From positions 1-64,000 of IMG/VR virus record IMGVR_UViG_3300031918_000730: a stretch of 64,000 bases of DNA; one strand, 5' to 3'. Under the pieces are notes generated by a model. That model saw only the letters and a list, made by a program, of their open reading frames with translations. It did no database searches and was not told where the DNA came from. Shown in pieces: positions 38,361 through 47,836 of the stretch. The stretch comes from a virus. The position numbers were made by a program, and so were the translations under genes. The stretch's first letter is position 1. Every line of letters starts with the position of its first letter.

Positions 38361-39353
38361 ATGAGGAATGAAGATAGTTTTATTTCCGACCTGTTTAACC
38401 TATCTTCGTTTCAGTGGAATGCTGAACTAGCGAAAGAATTCAATTTTGACTTGGGTTCGCTAGTTCACGCCATAAACGACTATAATTACAACATACCTAG
38501 CGAAAAGACGATCCATAATTCAGGTCGATTGAATAAACAAGAGACTCTGAAGCAACCTGTAATAGTGAATCTAATGAAGCACGGTGAGGGGCTTGAAGAG
38601 GCTCCTCTTATTACTGACCCTTCACAAATATCCAAACTGATCGCCACCATGAGACGGTCGGTTAATGGCGTGATAGCTGACTACGGGAAGGGATTCCGTA
38701 GTTTTCTGATATTCGGGGTAGATTTCACTGAAGTTGAACTATCAGGTGTCATAATTGATGGGTGTGTTTTCAGTAATTGCACATTCAATCAATGCTTCAT
38801 GACATCTGCACTAGTCAGTGGAAGTAAATTCATAGAATGTAGTTTCGAAAAGTGCGATTTCTCTAATAGTAACTGGAGTAAAGTCGGATTATTCGGGATC
38901 AATTTCATCGATTGTAATCTAGAAGGGTCGAATATATTCGACTGCGTTCAACACGCAACGTCTTATTATGGATGTGAGCTAGACGGAGCCACCATAGTTG
39001 CAGGAAGTCTCCATCGAGTCGACATTGAGTCATGCTCGATGAAAAAAGCAAATCTACTCAACCTCATATTCAGCGCGATGACCTTGATTAATAGTAATTT
39101 GAGAGGTTCTCAAATTGTAAATAATCGTTTCATAGGTGCTAAGTTTGAAATGCTACATTTAGATACTGCAGTACAGTATTCTAATTCATTTGTAGGTTGC
39201 ACCACATCTTCAGAGGTTCTTGATTTCTTTAGCGAAGGAGAGTATGAAGACGAAGATCAAGGCGAACAGGAATCTGAAGGTCCACTTGACGAACTAACAG
39301 ACAGATCATTCGACGAAATAATGGGCGACGACGACGATGATGAACATGAATGA
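38361..39353 (+). CDS. Pentapeptide-repeat protein with acidic tail
   Basis: VDFTE VELSG..CVFSN CTFNQ..SKFIE CSFEK CDFSN repeats. Confidence 0.85.
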   Translation: MRNEDSFISDLFNLSSFQWNAELAKEFNFDLGSLVHAINDYNYNIPSEKTIHNSGRLNKQETLKQPVIVNLMKHGEGLEEAPLITDPSQISKLIATMRRSVNGVIADYGKGFRSFLIFGVDFTEVELSGVIIDGCVFSNCTFNQCFMTSALVSGSKFIECSFEKCDFSNSNWSKVGLFGINFIDCNLEGSNIFDCVQHATSYYGCELDGATIVAGSLHRVDIESCSMKKANLLNLIFSAMTLINSNLRGSQIVNNRFIGAKFEMLHLDTAVQYSNSFVGCTTSSEVLDFFSEGEYEDEDQGEQESEGPLDELTDRSFDEIMGDDDDDEHE

Positions 39354-39840
39354 GGTTGATCTATTCAACACAATATACACTGACGAGAATCCAGCAGACA
39401 TATTCAGTGACGAAGATAGTCCATACCATGACTATCATTTGCGACTATGTGAGACTAAATCATATTGCAAAAGTATAGTCTCGGCGATAAGGAATAAGAC
39501 TAACAACTGGAACATGTCTATGGATCAGGAAGTTGGCAATACACTAATGGTATACTATGCTAGTTACTTCGAAATGTTCGCAGAGGATGGACTTGTTGAG
39601 ACTTTCTACGGCTTTTTCCCAATATACACTCAAGCCGTCCTATCAGATGCCACAGGTTACCTGTTCAAGGACTTAATTGGCGATACGTTTCTTCACTATT
39701 GCGCAAGATCCTTCAAATGTACCGACGCGCTCAACGAATTACATAGGGTCGCTATAGTCGATAATGACATGATCATTAATCCATTAGACATGATGAATCT
39801 TCATAAGGTGACGGCTAGAGATATTCTGATGTTAGAATAA
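39337..39840 (+). CDS. Hypothetical protein
   Basis: 167 aa ORF in operon. Confidence 0.55.
   Translation: MMNMNEVDLFNTIYTDENPADIFSDEDSPYHDYHLRLCETKSYCKSIVSAIRNKTNNWNMSMDQEVGNTLMVYYASYFEMFAEDGLVETFYGFFPIYTQAVLSDATGYLFKDLIGDTFLHYCARSFKCTDALNELHRVAIVDNDMIINPLDMMNLHKVTARDILMLE
39830..39838 (+). promoter_or_regulatory. Extended -10 TGTTAGAAT (gp55, leadered)
   Basis: Motif match followed by SD GAGGT. Confidence 0.55.
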
Positions 39841-39855
39841 TACTAGAGGTATACC

Positions 39856-40782
39856 ATGATTAAGAACGAATTTGATGAAAATCCAGACGCATCACTTATT
39901 GATGAGGATTTGCTTTTTGAAGAAACACTGCGACGTAAGGTTGAAGCTAAAGCAAAAGGTCGTAAGGAGAAGAAGGAAGCCAATCCTAGATACTATCTCG
40001 ACCCAGATGAATTGGAGTTGAATCTTAGAGGGCATGTGATCATGAGGGCAATTAACCCAGAGCATGTCATGAGTCGTAAGTTAGGAGATAACTTGATGAT
40101 CCTCGTGGCTGAATATGCAGAGGGTGGTCAATTCAGATCATACTATAATGGATGGAAAGAGGAAATGAAGTCTAGGGCACATGAGCACATTTGTAGATAC
40201 GCTCATGGCTACAAGATCAATTATGTCAAGACTCTAGAGTTCTTCATTCGCTGGCTTTTCCGGAAGAAGACATATGCCCTGCAGGCTTGGCTTGCTGAAC
40301 GAGGTATCTCATATGCCAAGTTCTACCTGAGCCTACTTGAGGTGAAAATAAAAACACCGAACGGTAAAGAAAAGACCAAGATGGGAAGAAAGATCTTCGA
40401 TCATGACTTCCATAAGCTGAACAATCCAGATGTACTTGCTGATCTTATTGATGATTCACTGAAAGGTAACGTACCTGTAGGTGTGGTATTCAATGAAGAA
40501 ACCTTCAAGGATGAGATTTTCGCTAGATGGCCAGAGAGTCTACAGAAGGACTTCAATGAGCAGGTGCGTAGAAACCCGTTCAATTACCTGACGAAGTATG
40601 CGTACAATGCATTCATCGCGGTTATCAAGGAAGAAAAAGAGATCAGTGAGAAGAGTAGAAGTTTCGAAGAGGGCATGAAATATAATCCTGATTCTTTCGA
40701 CGAAGACAATCATGGTGGTGAGGACAGGTATACTCAACTCGATGAGAATCGAATAGATTGGGACATGAAGATGACTGACTGA
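39856..40782 (+). CDS. gp55: Late-transcription sigma factor (T4 gp55-like) with insertion
   Basis: YYLDPDEL; LGDNLMILVAE..FRSYYNGWKEEM; NPFNYLTKYAYNAFIAVIKEEK. Confidence 0.85.
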   Translation: MIKNEFDENPDASLIDEDLLFEETLRRKVEAKAKGRKEKKEANPRYYLDPDELELNLRGHVIMRAINPEHVMSRKLGDNLMILVAEYAEGGQFRSYYNGWKEEMKSRAHEHICRYAHGYKINYVKTLEFFIRWLFRKKTYALQAWLAERGISYAKFYLSLLEVKIKTPNGKEKTKMGRKIFDHDFHKLNNPDVLADLIDDSLKGNVPVGVVFNEETFKDEIFARWPESLQKDFNEQVRRNPFNYLTKYAYNAFIAVIKEEKEISEKSRSFEEGMKYNPDSFDEDNHGGEDRYTQLDENRIDWDMKMTD

Positions 40783-41435
40783 TGCTACTAGTACAGAAGA
40801 AAGATTATTCATATCATGAATTAACTTCGTCGCCTAGGGTTTTCATAGACTTAGATGGAACCCTAAGCGACTTCTTTAGGTACTTTGCTCAGATCAATTA
40901 CTATGATATGCGAGATAAAGGTATTTCTATTTCGGAAATATCTCCAGAGTATTATAGGAAGAAGGCCGCAATACGAAAGTATATCCACAAGAGGATGGCC
41001 AATCAGAAGATAGACTACTGGGCTAGAGTTCCTAAAACTAAGTGCTCCGATATTCTATGGAAAGGGCTTCGTCAATTAAAGCCATATGTGTTTACTGGAG
41101 TAATATCAGGCGACACTACCATGGAAATGGGTAAATTGAAATGGTGTCGTAAAAGAAATCACCTAGGTTTTAAGAATGCAGACCTAGATCGACTACTCAT
41201 CAATAAGGATAGAGTAGAATATGCCATGAATGGTAGATGTCCAAATATACTAATAGACGATGACACCGAAAACTGCAGGGCATGGGAGGAGGCAGGAGGC
41301 ATCTCGTACTTCTACGTCGATAATCCAATCGTGGTTAATCGCATCGTCGAGGAGGTGCGTGACGACATCATCAGAAATGGTCACATCGATTTTCTATGGA
41401 CTTGGGATAAGTCACTCGGCAGATACGTCTTCTAG
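40782..41435 (+). CDS. HAD-family 5'(3')-deoxyribonucleotidase-like protein
   Basis: FIDLDGTLSDF, GKLKW, ILIDD..N...WEEAGG. Confidence 0.8.
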   Translation: MLLVQKKDYSYHELTSSPRVFIDLDGTLSDFFRYFAQINYYDMRDKGISISEISPEYYRKKAAIRKYIHKRMANQKIDYWARVPKTKCSDILWKGLRQLKPYVFTGVISGDTTMEMGKLKWCRKRNHLGFKNADLDRLLINKDRVEYAMNGRCPNILIDDDTENCRAWEEAGGISYFYVDNPIVVNRIVEEVRDDIIRNGHIDFLWTWDKSLGRYVF

Positions 41436-41443
41436 GTTATCAT
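41435..41443 (+). promoter_or_regulatory. -10 GGTTATCAT, leaderless spacing (gp47)
   Basis: 6 nt to ATG 41450. Confidence 0.55.
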
Positions 41444-41449
41444 AGAAGT

Positions 41450-42547
41450 ATGAGTAAAATAGCAGTAGTAGGCGATTTGCATCTTGGTGTCGCACCTAAC
41501 AACTCAATGAAGTTTGACATCATTTTCGACTCCCAGAAGAAGTTCTTCATGGAGTGCTTCATACCAGAACTACGGGCGCGTGGAATTGACACTATCATTT
41601 TCACAGGTGACTTATATGATCAGCGCAGAAGAGTCGATACTCAGATAACGCAATTCATTGAAGGACTATTCGAGAATGAATTAGCTGACTTCAAGTGTAT
41701 TGTGATTCAAGGTAACCATGACACTTACTATAAGGACGACCTCACCGTAACGTCTCTTTCTACTATTTGGTCGAAGAAGAACGTAACTGCTATTGTCAAG
41801 ATCACCCCTATGACGATACATGGGAAGAAGTTCCTGTTCGTACCTTGGTTGACTACTGCACTAGAGGCTAGTTTTGTCAGTAATGCAGAAAAAGCAAAAG
41901 GTAAGTTCGAATACCTAGTAGGGCATTTCGAGACTATTGGATTTCAGTACGAAGCTGGTAGCATAAGCACATTAGGTCTTGACGCAGAAGTGCTTTACGG
42001 TAATTTCAAGCACACCATCTCAGGACATTTCCACACTCAGACATATAAGGAAGTCGACGGCAATAGCATTCACTATGTGGGTACGCCTTTCCAGTTGACT
42101 TTTGGTGATGTAGGGGAAGTCAAGGGATTCAATATCATTGACGTGGAGACTAATGAGCGAGAATTCATTGAAAATAAGTTCTCCAGTAAATTCATTCGTG
42201 AATATAGTAGAGAGGATTTAGCTAAGTATGAATCTTTCGAGAACTGCTTTGTTGAACTGAAATATCCGCAGGGTACCACCGATGAGGAGCTATTCATTAT
42301 CGAAAAAGAGGTGAATGCTAAAGGCCCTATCACCTATAAGGCGTATCTGAATGTTGGCGATACAATCGAAGACATGATCTCCGAGCGTACTGACGTTGAG
42401 ATCAAGGCATTCGAGGATATGACTGTTGCAATTCATAGTGAAAATATGATCTCAATGACAAAAGTGTTTATGGAAGCTAAGCCATACGATGACCCTGAAA
42501 TGGTTATCGAATTAATAGAAGATATGAGAGCCAAAATCTCAGGCTAG
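41450..42547 (+). CDS. gp47: Recombination nuclease subunit (T4 gp47, SbcD/Mre11-like)
   Basis: GDLHLG, GDLYD, GNHDTYYK, VPW, GHFE, SGHFH, YVGTPFQLT. Confidence 0.93.
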   Translation: MSKIAVVGDLHLGVAPNNSMKFDIIFDSQKKFFMECFIPELRARGIDTIIFTGDLYDQRRRVDTQITQFIEGLFENELADFKCIVIQGNHDTYYKDDLTVTSLSTIWSKKNVTAIVKITPMTIHGKKFLFVPWLTTALEASFVSNAEKAKGKFEYLVGHFETIGFQYEAGSISTLGLDAEVLYGNFKHTISGHFHTQTYKEVDGNSIHYVGTPFQLTFGDVGEVKGFNIIDVETNEREFIENKFSSKFIREYSREDLAKYESFENCFVELKYPQGTTDEELFIIEKEVNAKGPITYKAYLNVGDTIEDMISERTDVEIKAFEDMTVAIHSENMISMTKVFMEAKPYDDPEMVIELIEDMRAKISG

Positions 42548-42556
42548 TGTTACCAT
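42548..42556 (+). promoter_or_regulatory. Extended -10 TGTTACCAT, leaderless spacing
   Basis: 6 nt to ATG 42563. Confidence 0.65.
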
Positions 42557-42562
42557 AATAGT

Positions 42563-44020
42563 ATGTCTAAGAAACACAATTCGCCAAATAGCCAAAAAGC
42601 ATCTTCGAAGAAGTCCGGCAAGAAGATTGCTCAGCTTCGGAAGGAGATTAGCGACCTCGAAAAGTCCCTGACTCCCGAGATGATCGAGAAGGTTAGTGCT
42701 CAGGTGATTGCATCGCAGAGCAACGCGCTCTACGGAGGCATTGCAAACACCGCAGAGAACTATCTGTCTAAGACTGTGATGGTCAATCCGAACGCCCCTG
42801 AGGACACCCTACAGGCCAATGTGTCTGTCCCCACTGCCGCCGCCATCGGACCTGTTGCATTGGTCGAGAAGCCATATGTCTACGGATACACTTCAGACTT
42901 TTCAGGGTCTGCACAGTTCCGTATGATCTTCCCCTTTAATGCAATCAACGCGCATTTCGGACATACTGGAAAGCTCCAGTGCATGGTGCAGAATCAGATT
43001 GTCACTCAAGAAGACATTCTTCCTTTCGTAAGGGCATTCTGGTTCAAGAATCCGTTCGAGAGCAACCGCTCGTATGAGATTTACGTTTACAAGAAGTATC
43101 AGGAAAGGTATCAGTACAAGCTGATCGCCGAACTCGACGACTATGTATTCGAATATCCAGAGTGGCATCCACTCCATGGAAAGTTCACAATTGATGATGC
43201 ACGCAACCTATTGGATAACCTGCGTAAGGTTGATGAAGTTGTGGTTTCTTCTGAGAATCTGAAGAGATTGCTTGTCGAGCTAGGAGTCAATACTCCAATT
43301 ACTCTCATGCCAAATCTCCTTCCGAAGGCATACTACGGAACAGACATCAGCAAGCGTTACCGTTTGAAGGATATTGCAAAGCCAACTATTCTATACAACG
43401 GAACAAACTACCACTACGGAAACTCCAACGGAGACTTCGACGGTCCTATCAAGGAATTCATCCTGAAGAACCTAGACAACTACAACTTCATCTTCATGGG
43501 TGTTGGTCGTAGATTGGATGGTTCCCTGACTCTCCCTGATTACTTGCAAGTTCCTGCAAAGGAAGGTCGCATCAAGATCATGCCGCACTATGCTCCGACT
43601 GAGTATCCATATGCTCTTCGTCAGTTGCGTCCTGATTTCGTCATCGCACCTCTCGCAGAATGCGCATTTAACGAAGCAAAGTCGGACCTTAGGTACCTAG
43701 AGTCTGCATCTACTGGAGCAATCTTCATTGGACAGTCCTTCGCAAACGGGAACAGTCCATATAAGTACTGCAGAAATGTCTTCGAAAAGGCATCCGACAT
43801 TGAGGAAATCGTAAATCGCCTCCTCAATAAGGACACTTTCAACGAGGCACTCAAGTTACAGTACGAAGAGCTTAATACCAGATGGCTCGACGACGTGAAT
43901 AACCTCTTGAATATCGTCAAGATCTTCGGAGAGGGTTTGAACGGAGTCCAGTTGACACCTGAACATGAACAGTATAATCAGTTCAAGAATAGGCTCGACG
44001 AAGACGGATTCTTCCGGTAA
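42563..44020 (+). CDS. Glycosyltransferase (GT-B fold)
   Basis: DFSGSAQFRMIFP, ELDD, PNLLP, IAPLAECAFNEAKSDLRYLE. Confidence 0.8.
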   Translation: MSKKHNSPNSQKASSKKSGKKIAQLRKEISDLEKSLTPEMIEKVSAQVIASQSNALYGGIANTAENYLSKTVMVNPNAPEDTLQANVSVPTAAAIGPVALVEKPYVYGYTSDFSGSAQFRMIFPFNAINAHFGHTGKLQCMVQNQIVTQEDILPFVRAFWFKNPFESNRSYEIYVYKKYQERYQYKLIAELDDYVFEYPEWHPLHGKFTIDDARNLLDNLRKVDEVVVSSENLKRLLVELGVNTPITLMPNLLPKAYYGTDISKRYRLKDIAKPTILYNGTNYHYGNSNGDFDGPIKEFILKNLDNYNFIFMGVGRRLDGSLTLPDYLQVPAKEGRIKIMPHYAPTEYPYALRQLRPDFVIAPLAECAFNEAKSDLRYLESASTGAIFIGQSFANGNSPYKYCRNVFEKASDIEEIVNRLLNKDTFNEALKLQYEELNTRWLDDVNNLLNIVKIFGEGLNGVQLTPEHEQYNQFKNRLDEDGFFR

Positions 44021-44364
44021 TGAGGAAGTTAGACAAACCTCAATTCGACAAGGCGGCTCAGAAGACAATTTCTGACGAAGCCGCCTTGTTAGAAAAGAGA
44101 ATTTTATCTGACTTGGCTGAGATGATAACAGAAGCCCATACTCGATTAGTCGAGTCTGGGGTTTTTGATAAATTCAAGGCACATCTAGCTGGTAAGAAGC
44201 CCAGCGAATCCGACGTTAGGCACTTCAAGAAGCTGATTGAGCAGGCCGTTTTCGCAAACGATGCTCTTTTTAAGAAGTATTTCGACGTGATTGTTGAGCG
44301 CGACCCCGCAAATCGTGCTAACATCGGCTTCGAGTTTAGGGTAAAGCCGGACCTCTTCCGCTGA
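44020..44364 (+). CDS. Hypothetical protein
   Basis: TAATG coupling to upstream gene. Confidence 0.55.
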   Translation: MRKLDKPQFDKAAQKTISDEAALLEKRILSDLAEMITEAHTRLVESGVFDKFKAHLAGKKPSESDVRHFKKLIEQAVFANDALFKKYFDVIVERDPANRANIGFEFRVKPDLFR

Positions 44365-44368
44365 CGGA

Positions 44369-44418
44369 CGTGACTGCTACAATACGAGGGAGAGAATATC
44401 CCTCAGAAAGCAGTCACG
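44369..44418 (+). promoter_or_regulatory. Nested hairpin over promoter and initiation region of DNA polymerase
   Basis: CGTGACTGCT (44369-78) pairs with AGCAGTCACG (44409-18); inner GAGGGA/TCCCTC; contains TGCTACAAT 44375-44383. Confidence 0.7.
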
Positions 44419-44419
44419 A

Positions 44420-47254
44420 ATGTCGATGTTTAAGAATCTTTGGCTAGATCGCACAAAGAACCAGATGCACCTATGGTCAACGGACGGTGCCCACAACATT
44501 TACGATTTCAAGTGCAAATCCTACGAACTAGCACCTGATCTCACAAATGCAACTATGAGAACTGTCGAGGGGATGCCCGTTCGCGCAGTTTATGATACTT
44601 GCATGGATGAGCGTAATAAAATCAACGCAGAAATCCGAAACTCTGAATCTGATATTCAACCAGAGATCAGGTTTATTGCAGAATACTATAAAAACGTAGA
44701 TAACCTTAAGTTCGACTTCAAGGACTTCAACGTATGCTACTTCGATATTGAAGTAGAGGTTGACAAGGGCTTCCCTCATCCTGCAGAAGCCGCACGAAGA
44801 GTAAATCTCATTACCGCATATGGTAGCAAAGCCAATGAATTTGTTACTTTCGGCCTTGAGAAAGAGTTCATCGAGCATGTGTACCTCACCGACGAAGAAA
44901 TCAAGAACGGTGCGTTCCCAGACGGACACGAAGATTACCGTGAAATGTCGGCTGAAGGGTATTTTGTCAACAAGACAAGATACTACGTCAAGCGAGACAA
45001 GACACTAAAGTTCGATAGCGGTGCCGCAACTGAACTAGGTTACACTAATAATCACGTTTACGTCAAATGTGACGATGAGATTGAACTCCTCGAACGATTC
45101 TTCACATACTTCGACAATCAGAAGTTCGACGTAATTACAGGATGGAACTGTCAGACCTTCGATATTCCATACTTGGTAAAGAGGTGCGAGAACTTAGGTT
45201 TACAGGATCATCGCAAGTTCTCACCTGTCAGGAGAGTCTACCTAGTCGAGAAGAGAAACGACTACAATAAGCTAGACCTGATCCCAGTGATTGGTGGGAT
45301 GTCAGTAATTGACATGCTCCATGCATACAAGAAGTCAAATCTGAAGCAACAAGAGAATTACAAGTTAGGTACTATTGCTAGTATCGAACTGAAGACTACA
45401 AAATTGGACCTTGGTGTCGACGGACTCAAGCTCTATAAAAAAGGCCAGAACGGCTGGACTAAGTTCACAGAGTATAACGTCATCGACGTAGAACTTCTTG
45501 TCCAATTAGAGTTCAAGAAGCACTACCTAGAGTCGGTAATTAGCGTTTGCGCTGACGCAAGAATACCTCTCGAATACTTCTTCATCTCGAAACGAGTAAT
45601 TCTCGGATTCATGATGAACTATATGCACAACAAGGGACTAGTAATTCCGCATCCGGGAGAACAGCAACACGTCCCATATGAAGGTGCATATATTGCGGCA
45701 AATCCGGGAGCATATCGATGGGTCGTATCGTATGACTTTAAGGCCATGTATCCGTCCATCATCGCATCTGCGAATATCTCAACCGAGACTAAATTCAAGG
45801 GTCCAGTTCCTCCTGATGGAAGTTACTCGAAGTCTGTCATTAAGGACGTATGGTACAATAACGAGACTCTAGGAATCATCCCAGAGATTGTGTCGATGGT
45901 TGTTGATGACCGAGACAAGTACAAGAAGCTCCAGAAGGTCCATTCAAATCCTTCTGATAAGGCTAATTACGACCCAGAACTCGCAGGTTTCTACAAGCGT
46001 AAGCAGGAAGCATATAAGATCTACGCAAACTCGATTTACGGTTTGCTCGGAAATAGACACTTCCAGTTCTACGACGTTGACAATGCCGCATCGGTTACTG
46101 GTATTGGAAGGTATTTGATCCAGTACTGTATCGACTACATCATCAAGTGGTTCGACATGGGGCTTCCCATTAGCGAGAAGTTCAAGCACGAGTTCGGAGA
46201 TTATGCCAATGTAACAATTAAGGGCGTACTCGACGAGTCCTACATTTGCGAACAGGAAGATAGAGATACTCTCGGCAAGTATAAGAGACTGGTTCTCGCA
46301 CATACCGACTCATTCTTCTTAGATTTCTCAGACATCTATTCTCCATTCATTGGGAAGAAGAGGACTGCAGAGGAATTCAAGGCGCTCATGGACAGGTACT
46401 CAAACCCTGAATCCCCTGACTGTGACTCTTCAGTTTTTTCGATTCTCAAGAGTCGGTGGGAAGACAATACTTGGGAAGAGATGTCACTCACTGAGTTCTC
46501 GTTGCGCTTCGAACACTGCGTCTTCGGAGATGTCCGCACCAAAATCTTGGCAAGATGGGCCAAGGAGAACAACTACAGGGAGAACAGGCTCTGGCTCAAG
46601 CTAGAAAAATGCTGTAATCACCTGATAGAGTTGACAAGAGCGCACTACATATGTTATCTTCAGTACGACGAAGGTGACGACCTCTTGAACCTGCCGTTCG
46701 AGAGTCGCTTCAAGCCCGTCGGCGTTGAGTTGGTTAAGTCTGACACACCGTCTTGGAGTAAGGTACACATCAAGAAACTACTAGAAATGGTATTCAATGA
46801 TGCGTCGAAGGATGAGATCATCAAGAAAATTGGAGAGTATCGCAAAGATTTCAGAGATCCTGCCAACATTGCCTCGATTTCAAAGCCAGTCTCGATTAAT
46901 ACTCTAGATGCGGCTAAGAACAACGTAATGCCAGCACCTCGAAAAGGAGCGAACGCATTCAATATGGTGATCGATAGTTCTGAAGACTATTCTGGGTACG
47001 AAACTATATCAGAAGGAACCAAGGCGAAGTGGATCTATGTCAAGACTCCTAATCGATTCGAGACAGAAGTAATTACCTACAACGTAGATACTTGGCCTCC
47101 ATTCCTAGATAAGTATTTCCAGATAGATCACGAAGTTCAGTTTGAGAAGGTTTTCAAGAAACCACTAGCAAAAATCTTCGATACGATGGGATGGGGAAAC
47201 ATCTTCGAAGGCAACATGGATCTCCTCGCAAAATACATGAGAAAGGCACCGTAA
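44420..47254 (+). CDS. gp43: Family B DNA polymerase (T4 gp43-like)
   Basis: ExoI FDIEV, ExoII GWNCQTFDIPYL, ExoIII YNVIDV; motif A DFKAMYPS, motif B KIYANSIYG, motif C AHTDS. Confidence 0.95.
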   Translation: MSMFKNLWLDRTKNQMHLWSTDGAHNIYDFKCKSYELAPDLTNATMRTVEGMPVRAVYDTCMDERNKINAEIRNSESDIQPEIRFIAEYYKNVDNLKFDFKDFNVCYFDIEVEVDKGFPHPAEAARRVNLITAYGSKANEFVTFGLEKEFIEHVYLTDEEIKNGAFPDGHEDYREMSAEGYFVNKTRYYVKRDKTLKFDSGAATELGYTNNHVYVKCDDEIELLERFFTYFDNQKFDVITGWNCQTFDIPYLVKRCENLGLQDHRKFSPVRRVYLVEKRNDYNKLDLIPVIGGMSVIDMLHAYKKSNLKQQENYKLGTIASIELKTTKLDLGVDGLKLYKKGQNGWTKFTEYNVIDVELLVQLEFKKHYLESVISVCADARIPLEYFFISKRVILGFMMNYMHNKGLVIPHPGEQQHVPYEGAYIAANPGAYRWVVSYDFKAMYPSIIASANISTETKFKGPVPPDGSYSKSVIKDVWYNNETLGIIPEIVSMVVDDRDKYKKLQKVHSNPSDKANYDPELAGFYKRKQEAYKIYANSIYGLLGNRHFQFYDVDNAASVTGIGRYLIQYCIDYIIKWFDMGLPISEKFKHEFGDYANVTIKGVLDESYICEQEDRDTLGKYKRLVLAHTDSFFLDFSDIYSPFIGKKRTAEEFKALMDRYSNPESPDCDSSVFSILKSRWEDNTWEEMSLTEFSLRFEHCVFGDVRTKILARWAKENNYRENRLWLKLEKCCNHLIELTRAHYICYLQYDEGDDLLNLPFESRFKPVGVELVKSDTPSWSKVHIKKLLEMVFNDASKDEIIKKIGEYRKDFRDPANIASISKPVSINTLDAAKNNVMPAPRKGANAFNMVIDSSEDYSGYETISEGTKAKWIYVKTPNRFETEVITYNVDTWPPFLDKYFQIDHEVQFEKVFKKPLAKIFDTMGWGNIFEGNMDLLAKYMRKAP

Positions 47255-47256
47255 TA

Positions 47257-47778
47257 ATGACAAATAATCTTAAGGTCTTGGATCTGATCGTACATCCTGA
47301 GCACGAAGGAGTTCTGACAGTCATCGGAACTGGAATTGGAGCCGTTGATGTAGCCGATGCTACTGGCGATGTGTTCATGGTCGACGTTGAAGGTTCGTTG
47401 AAGGTTGGAAGTGTGAAGCCAAAAAGCAAATATGAACTACTGAAAATGTATGTGGTGGTGGATAATTCTGCACCTAAGGGCCTCGCGTCCAATGGAGCAA
47501 GCCATGCCTCCTATTTTGCGGGAGAGTCCTTCCGGGAACTCCCTCTTCAGAAGGTTTGGCGTGAGAAGTCTACTCGGAACGTGACTTGCGCAGGTTCCAG
47601 CGTAGATATTCAGACTGCGATCCAGCTTGCAGTAGAGCACGGCATCGAACATGTCGTATTCGAGGAGCCGGACTGGAAGAATGCAAATGGTAGGCCGTTG
47701 GCTGTGGCGTTTGCCGCAAGATATAGCTTCCCTGAACTATTCTCTACCTTCCCATTGTTCCTTTCAGACCTTCGATGA
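47257..47778 (+). CDS. Peptidyl-tRNA hydrolase PTH2-like protein
   Basis: KMYVVV...GLASNGASHAS...W...FEEPDW...LAVAF; start reassigned to the ATG after the gp43 stop. Confidence 0.6.
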   Translation: MTNNLKVLDLIVHPEHEGVLTVIGTGIGAVDVADATGDVFMVDVEGSLKVGSVKPKSKYELLKMYVVVDNSAPKGLASNGASHASYFAGESFRELPLQKVWREKSTRNVTCAGSSVDIQTAIQLAVEHGIEHVVFEEPDWKNANGRPLAVAFAARYSFPELFSTFPLFLSDLR

Positions 47779-47800
47779 TCTGAAATACATTCTTAGCACT

Positions 47801-47826
47801 AAGCCTCCGAAAGGGGGCTTTTTTAT
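47801..47826 (+). terminator. Rho-independent terminator
   Basis: AAGCCTCC-GAAA-GGGGGCTT then T-tract. Confidence 0.9.
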
Positions 47827-47827
47827 T

Positions 47828-47836
47828 TGCTATAAT
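47828..47836 (+). promoter_or_regulatory. Extended -10 TGCTATAAT (uvsX, leadered)
   Basis: Perfect extended -10 directly after a terminator. Confidence 0.8.

Noticed and set aside
40213-40551. Intein in gp55 (or in gp43, nrdJ, gp41)
   Set aside because: No C/S...HN-C/S/T splice motifs or LAGLIDADG blocks; nrdJ and the helicase have ordinary lengths
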